This document shows positions 38,975 to 41,985 of a DNA stretch of 41,985 nucleotides, piece after piece (the stretch's first letter is position 1; every line of letters starts with the position of its first letter). This DNA is from a virus (taxonomy: Duplodnaviria > Heunggongvirae > Uroviricota > Caudoviricetes). The notes under the pieces were generated by a model, which saw only the letters and a list, made by a program, of their open reading frames with translations, was not told the origin of the DNA and ran no database searches. Both the position numbers and the translations under genes were made by a program. The DNA is taken from IMG/VR virus record IMGVR_UViG_2548876869_000013, positions 1-41,985 of that record, one strand, 5' to 3'.

Positions 38975-39600
38975 CCACTATTACCAAAGAACGTATTGAA
39001 TTGTTCATTAAAAATCCGCTTGAAAACGGGCTTACTCGTGGCGAACAAATGGAACTGGCACGAATTGCACTGGCATCACTGGAACGCGAACAGATTCGCC
39101 ACGAGCATGCCAAATGGTCTGACTCCACATTTGGCTGCGTTGGCCCCATTGGTCCACTGAAACACCTCTCAAAAGAGGCACTGGAAGCCGCAGCCGAACC
39201 AGACGATCTTAGCGAGTGGGCTGATATGCAGTTCCTGTTGTGGGATGCACAGCGCCGTGCTGGTATCAGTGATGCTGAAATTACCGCTGCTATGGAAAAT
39301 AAATTGAAGATCAACATGGAACGCCAGTGGCCTGAACCAAAAGATGGTGAGCCTCGCTTGCACATTAAAGAACCCGGCAACTCTCCGGTAACTCCGGATG
39401 GCTGGATAAGCTGTAGTGAGCGAATGCCGGATACCAAAACAGCCGTTCTTGTTGCCGTGGAGTTTGACAGGAAAGGTGACTGGCGAATGAAATGGGCGAC
39501 TTACATCCCGGGTCATCCTGACGCTAATGATGGGTGGATAATTCCTGGTGCGTCGTGGAAACCGTCACACTGGATGCCGCTACCAGAGCCTCCACTTTGA
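38971..39600 (+). CDS. DUF550/DUF551-type prophage protein
   Basis: 209 aa; N-terminal region resembles DUF550, C-terminal resembles DUF551; common in E. coli lambdoid ea regions. Confidence 0.65.
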   Translation: MTTITKERIELFIKNPLENGLTRGEQMELARIALASLEREQIRHEHAKWSDSTFGCVGPIGPLKHLSKEALEAAAEPDDLSEWADMQFLLWDAQRRAGISDAEITAAMENKLKINMERQWPEPKDGEPRLHIKEPGNSPVTPDGWISCSERMPDTKTAVLVAVEFDRKGDWRMKWATYIPGHPDANDGWIIPGASWKPSHWMPLPEPPL

Positions 39601-39696
39601 AAGCGAAGCTTATACATATCTTTTACATCAGCAATCTATTGTTAATCTCCAATCAATGTTACGTTGTCATCTCACTCATGCTTTGGAGGTAGTGAT

Positions 39697-39876
39697 ATGT
39701 CTTGTCCAAAATGCGGTTCTGGAAATATTGCAAAAGAAAAAACAATGCGTGGATGGTCTGGTGATTATGTGTGCTGCGATTGCGGATACAACGACTCTAA
39801 AGACGCATTTGGAGAGCGTGGTAAAAACGAGTTTGTTAAAATTAATAAAGAACGCGAAGGCAACGAAAAAAGCTAA
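39697..39876 (+). CDS. Small zinc-ribbon protein (59 aa)
   Basis: CPKCGS..(19 aa)..CCDCGY motif; GGAGGT RBS. Confidence 0.45.
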   Translation: MSCPKCGSGNIAKEKTMRGWSGDYVCCDCGYNDSKDAFGERGKNEFVKINKEREGNEKS

Positions 39877-39940
39877 TTTATTTATTCATATATGAAAACA
39901 ATGTAACCAATATTCGAATTGAAGAACTGAAAGAACACCA

Positions 39941-39962
39941 AGCCGCCTGATGGCGGTTTTTT
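39941..39962 (+). terminator. Rho-independent terminator
   Basis: CCGCC-TGAT-GGCGG followed by TTTTTTT. Confidence 0.65.
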
Positions 39963-39968
39963 ATTGCC

Positions 39969-39984
39969 TGATTTGCAGGTTCGA
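39969..39984. other. tRNA-derived fragment identical to argW T-arm segment (TTGCAGGTTCGATTCC)
   Basis: 16-nt match to recalled argW T-arm region, truncated after the T-loop; lies just upstream of torI. Confidence 0.4.
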
Positions 39985-40007
39985 TTCCCTATTCGGAGAT
40001 AGCACTC

Positions 40008-40208
40008 ATGCAACACGAACTACAGCCTGATTCACTGGTTGATTTGAAATTCATCATGGCTGATACTGGCTTCGGTAAAACCTTCATCTATGACCGGATT
40101 AAGTCCGGAGACCTGCCTAAAGCCAAAGTTATCCACGGGCGAGCAAGATGGTTATATCGTGACCATTGTGAATTCAAAAATAAGCTCTTAAGCCGCGCCA
40201 ATGGGTAA
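40008..40208 (+). CDS. torI: Excisionase / recombination directionality factor (AlpA family, TorI)
   Basis: 66 aa; matches recalled E. coli KplE1 TorI (MQHELQPDSLVDLKFIMADTGFGKTFIYDRIKSGDLPKAKV..); winged-helix AlpA signature. Confidence 0.9.
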   Translation: MQHELQPDSLVDLKFIMADTGFGKTFIYDRIKSGDLPKAKVIHGRARWLYRDHCEFKNKLLSRANG

Positions 40209-40281
40209 AATAGCGGGTAAAATATTTCTCACATCTAAAAAACACCATTCCAATCAATCCCCTGCCGCCTCAAGTAGATGT

Positions 40282-40296
40282 CTGCAGGGGACACCA
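40282..40296. other. attR core: 3' end of argW (CTGCAGGGGACACCA)
   Basis: 15-nt identity to recalled argW 3' end (acceptor stem + CCA); the rest of the tRNA is absent here, as expected for attR. Confidence 0.6.
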
Positions 40297-40687
40297 GATA
40301 CCCTTCAAACGAAATCTACCTTCACCCCGTAAAAGATGGGTTTGGCAGCACACTTGCCTTATATCTACTCATTTTTACTGCAACAGGTTGAAATCTCAGC
40401 ACTGTCAGAAAGCGCTGATGACTAAACAGCCCTGAGCCGGGCGATGTAACCATCACACAGAATCCTGATAGCGAAATATGGCGTGACTCGATACTTCACT
40501 CCGCAATGCATTCCTTGATGAATTCGCAGGACCGTGATACACGGGACAGGTCACTGAATGACGACAATGTCCTGGAAATCAGCGAACCGCGCATCTGAAG
40601 TACATTTGAGCGACTGTACCAGAACATGAATGAGGCGTTTGGATTAGGCGATTATTAGCAGGGCTAAGCATTTTACTATTATTATTT

Positions 40688-40732
40688 TCCGGTTGAGGGA
40701 TATAGAGCTATCGACAACAACCGGAAAAAGTT
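40688..40732. terminator. Inverted-repeat terminator downstream of permease gene
   Basis: TTTCCGGTTG..CAACCGGAAA 10-bp stem with ~22-nt loop. Confidence 0.45.
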
Positions 40733-40737
40733 TACGT

Positions 40738-41985
40738 CTATATTGCTGAAGGTACAGGCGTTTCCATAACTATTTGCTCGCGTTTTTTACTCAAGAAGAA
40801 AATGCCAAATAGCAACATCAGGCAGACAATACCCGAAATTGCGAAGAAAACTGTTTGGTAGCCTGCGTGGTCAAAGAGTATCCCAGTCGGCGTTGAAAGC
40901 AGCACAATCCCAAGCGAACTGGCAATTTGAAAACCAATCAGAAAGATCGTCGACGACAGGCGCTTATCAAAGTTTGCCACGCTGTATTTGAAGACGGATA
41001 TGACACAAAGTGGAACCTCAATGGCATGTAACAACTTCACTAATGAAATAATCCAGGGGTTAACGAACAGCGCGCAGGAAAGGATACGCAACGCCATAAT
41101 CACAACTCCGATAAGTAATGCATTTTTTGGCCCTACCCGATTCACAAAGAAAGGAATAATCGCCATGCACAGCGCTTCGAGTACCACCTGGAATGAGTTG
41201 AGATAACCATACAGGCGCGTTCCTACATCGTGTGATTCGAATAAACCTGAATAAAAGACAGGAAAAAGTTGTTGATCAAAAATGTTATAGAAAGACCACG
41301 TCCCCACAATAAATATGACGAAAACCCAGAAGTTTCGATCCTTGAAAACTGCGATAAAATCCTCTTTTTTTACCCCTCCCGCATCTGCCGCTACGCACTG
41401 GTGATCCTTATCTTTAAAACGCATGTTGATCATCATAAATACAGCGCCAAATAGCGAGACCAACCAGAAGTTGATATGGGGACTGATACTAAAAAATATG
41501 CCGGCAAAGAACGCGCCAATAGCATAGCCAAAAGATCCCCAGGCGCGCGCTGTTCCATATTCGAAATGAAAATTTCGCGCCATTTTTTCGGTGAAGCTAT
41601 CAAGCAAACCGCATCCCGCCAGATACCCCAAGCCAAAAAATAGCGCCCCCAGAATTAGACCTACAGAAAAATTGCTTTGCAGTAACGGTTCATAAACGTA
41701 AATCATAAACGGTCCGGTCAAGACCAGGATGAAACTCATACACCAGATGAGCGGTTTCTTCAGACCGAGTTTATCCTGAACGATGCCGTAGAACATCATA
41801 AATAGAATGCTGGTAAACTGGTTGACCGAATAAAGTGTACCTAATTCCGTCCCTGTCAACCCTAGATGTCCTTTCAGCCAAATAGCGTATAACGACCACC
41901 ACAGCGACCAGGAAATAAAAAAGAGAAATGAGTAACTGGATGCAAAACGATAGTACGCATTTCTGAATGGAATATTCAGTGCCAT
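40738..41985 (-). CDS. cscB: LacY-family oligosaccharide:H+ symporter (sucrose permease CscB-like); host gene
   Basis: 415 aa, 12 predicted TM segments; N-terminus MALNIPFRNAYYRFASSYSFLFFISW matches recalled CscB; csc locus is known to sit beside argW in csc+ E. coli. Confidence 0.75.
   Translation of the reverse strand: MALNIPFRNAYYRFASSYSFLFFISWSLWWSLYAIWLKGHLGLTGTELGTLYSVNQFTSILFMMFYGIVQDKLGLKKPLIWCMSFILVLTGPFMIYVYEPLLQSNFSVGLILGALFFGLGYLAGCGLLDSFTEKMARNFHFEYGTARAWGSFGYAIGAFFAGIFFSISPHINFWLVSLFGAVFMMINMRFKDKDHQCVAADAGGVKKEDFIAVFKDRNFWVFVIFIVGTWSFYNIFDQQLFPVFYSGLFESHDVGTRLYGYLNSFQVVLEALCMAIIPFFVNRVGPKNALLIGVVIMALRILSCALFVNPWIISLVKLLHAIEVPLCVISVFKYSVANFDKRLSSTIFLIGFQIASSLGIVLLSTPTGILFDHAGYQTVFFAISGIVCLMLLFGIFFLSKKREQIVMETPVPSAI

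Larger units (their letters stand above)
1..40296. mobile_element. P22-family (Sf6/KplE1-like) prophage at argW; integrase at left end, attR core at right end
   Basis: Contiguous lambdoid/P22 module order from int to torI; 15-nt argW 3' end at 40282-40296; host-like permease beyond it. attL assumed just upstream of window. Confidence 0.85.

Noticed and set aside
40297-40737. Coding gene between attR and the permease
   Set aside because: No ORF with RBS; appears to be host intergenic sequence with a terminator hairpin.

Overview
The window is almost entirely one P22-family (Sf6/KplE1-like) temperate prophage, in prophage order, integrated at the argW tRNA-Arg site. The left attachment site lies just upstream of base 1; the right one is the 15-nt argW 3' end at 40282-40296, followed by a host LacY-family permease (cscB-like). 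Order: P4/IntS-type integrase (1-1158), an 8-bp x7 tandem repeat, an AT-rich OafA-like O-antigen acyltransferase moron, tailspike, an expanded immI region (two Mnt-like repressors, Arc, two antirepressor-type genes), a three-gene cassette at the sieA position, ejection proteins, tail, coat, scaffold, portal, terminase, three small late morons (one DUF2829/Tad2-like), a phage-21-type lysis cassette, a long Q-S leader, Q, nin genes, DnaB-like helicase, O-like initiator with iterons, cII, cro, C2 repressor, PL/nutL, N-like gene, cIII, Erf, SSB, small ea-region genes and the TorI excisionase. All identifications rest on reading the translations and motifs and on recalled family sequences; no search was run. 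I found no CRISPR array, rRNA, canonical tRNA, or any large ATPase/nuclease/RT-type defence gene. If something undescribed is here, it is in small-gene cassettes or RNA elements. Best candidates: the sieA-position cassette (8136-9026), the duplicated sar-like antisense units in immI, the ORF-free GC-rich nutL-N leader (33997-34560), the Q-S leader with a tRNA-like element and paired hairpin repeats, the AT-rich 156-aa gene after N, and the DUF2829 protein.
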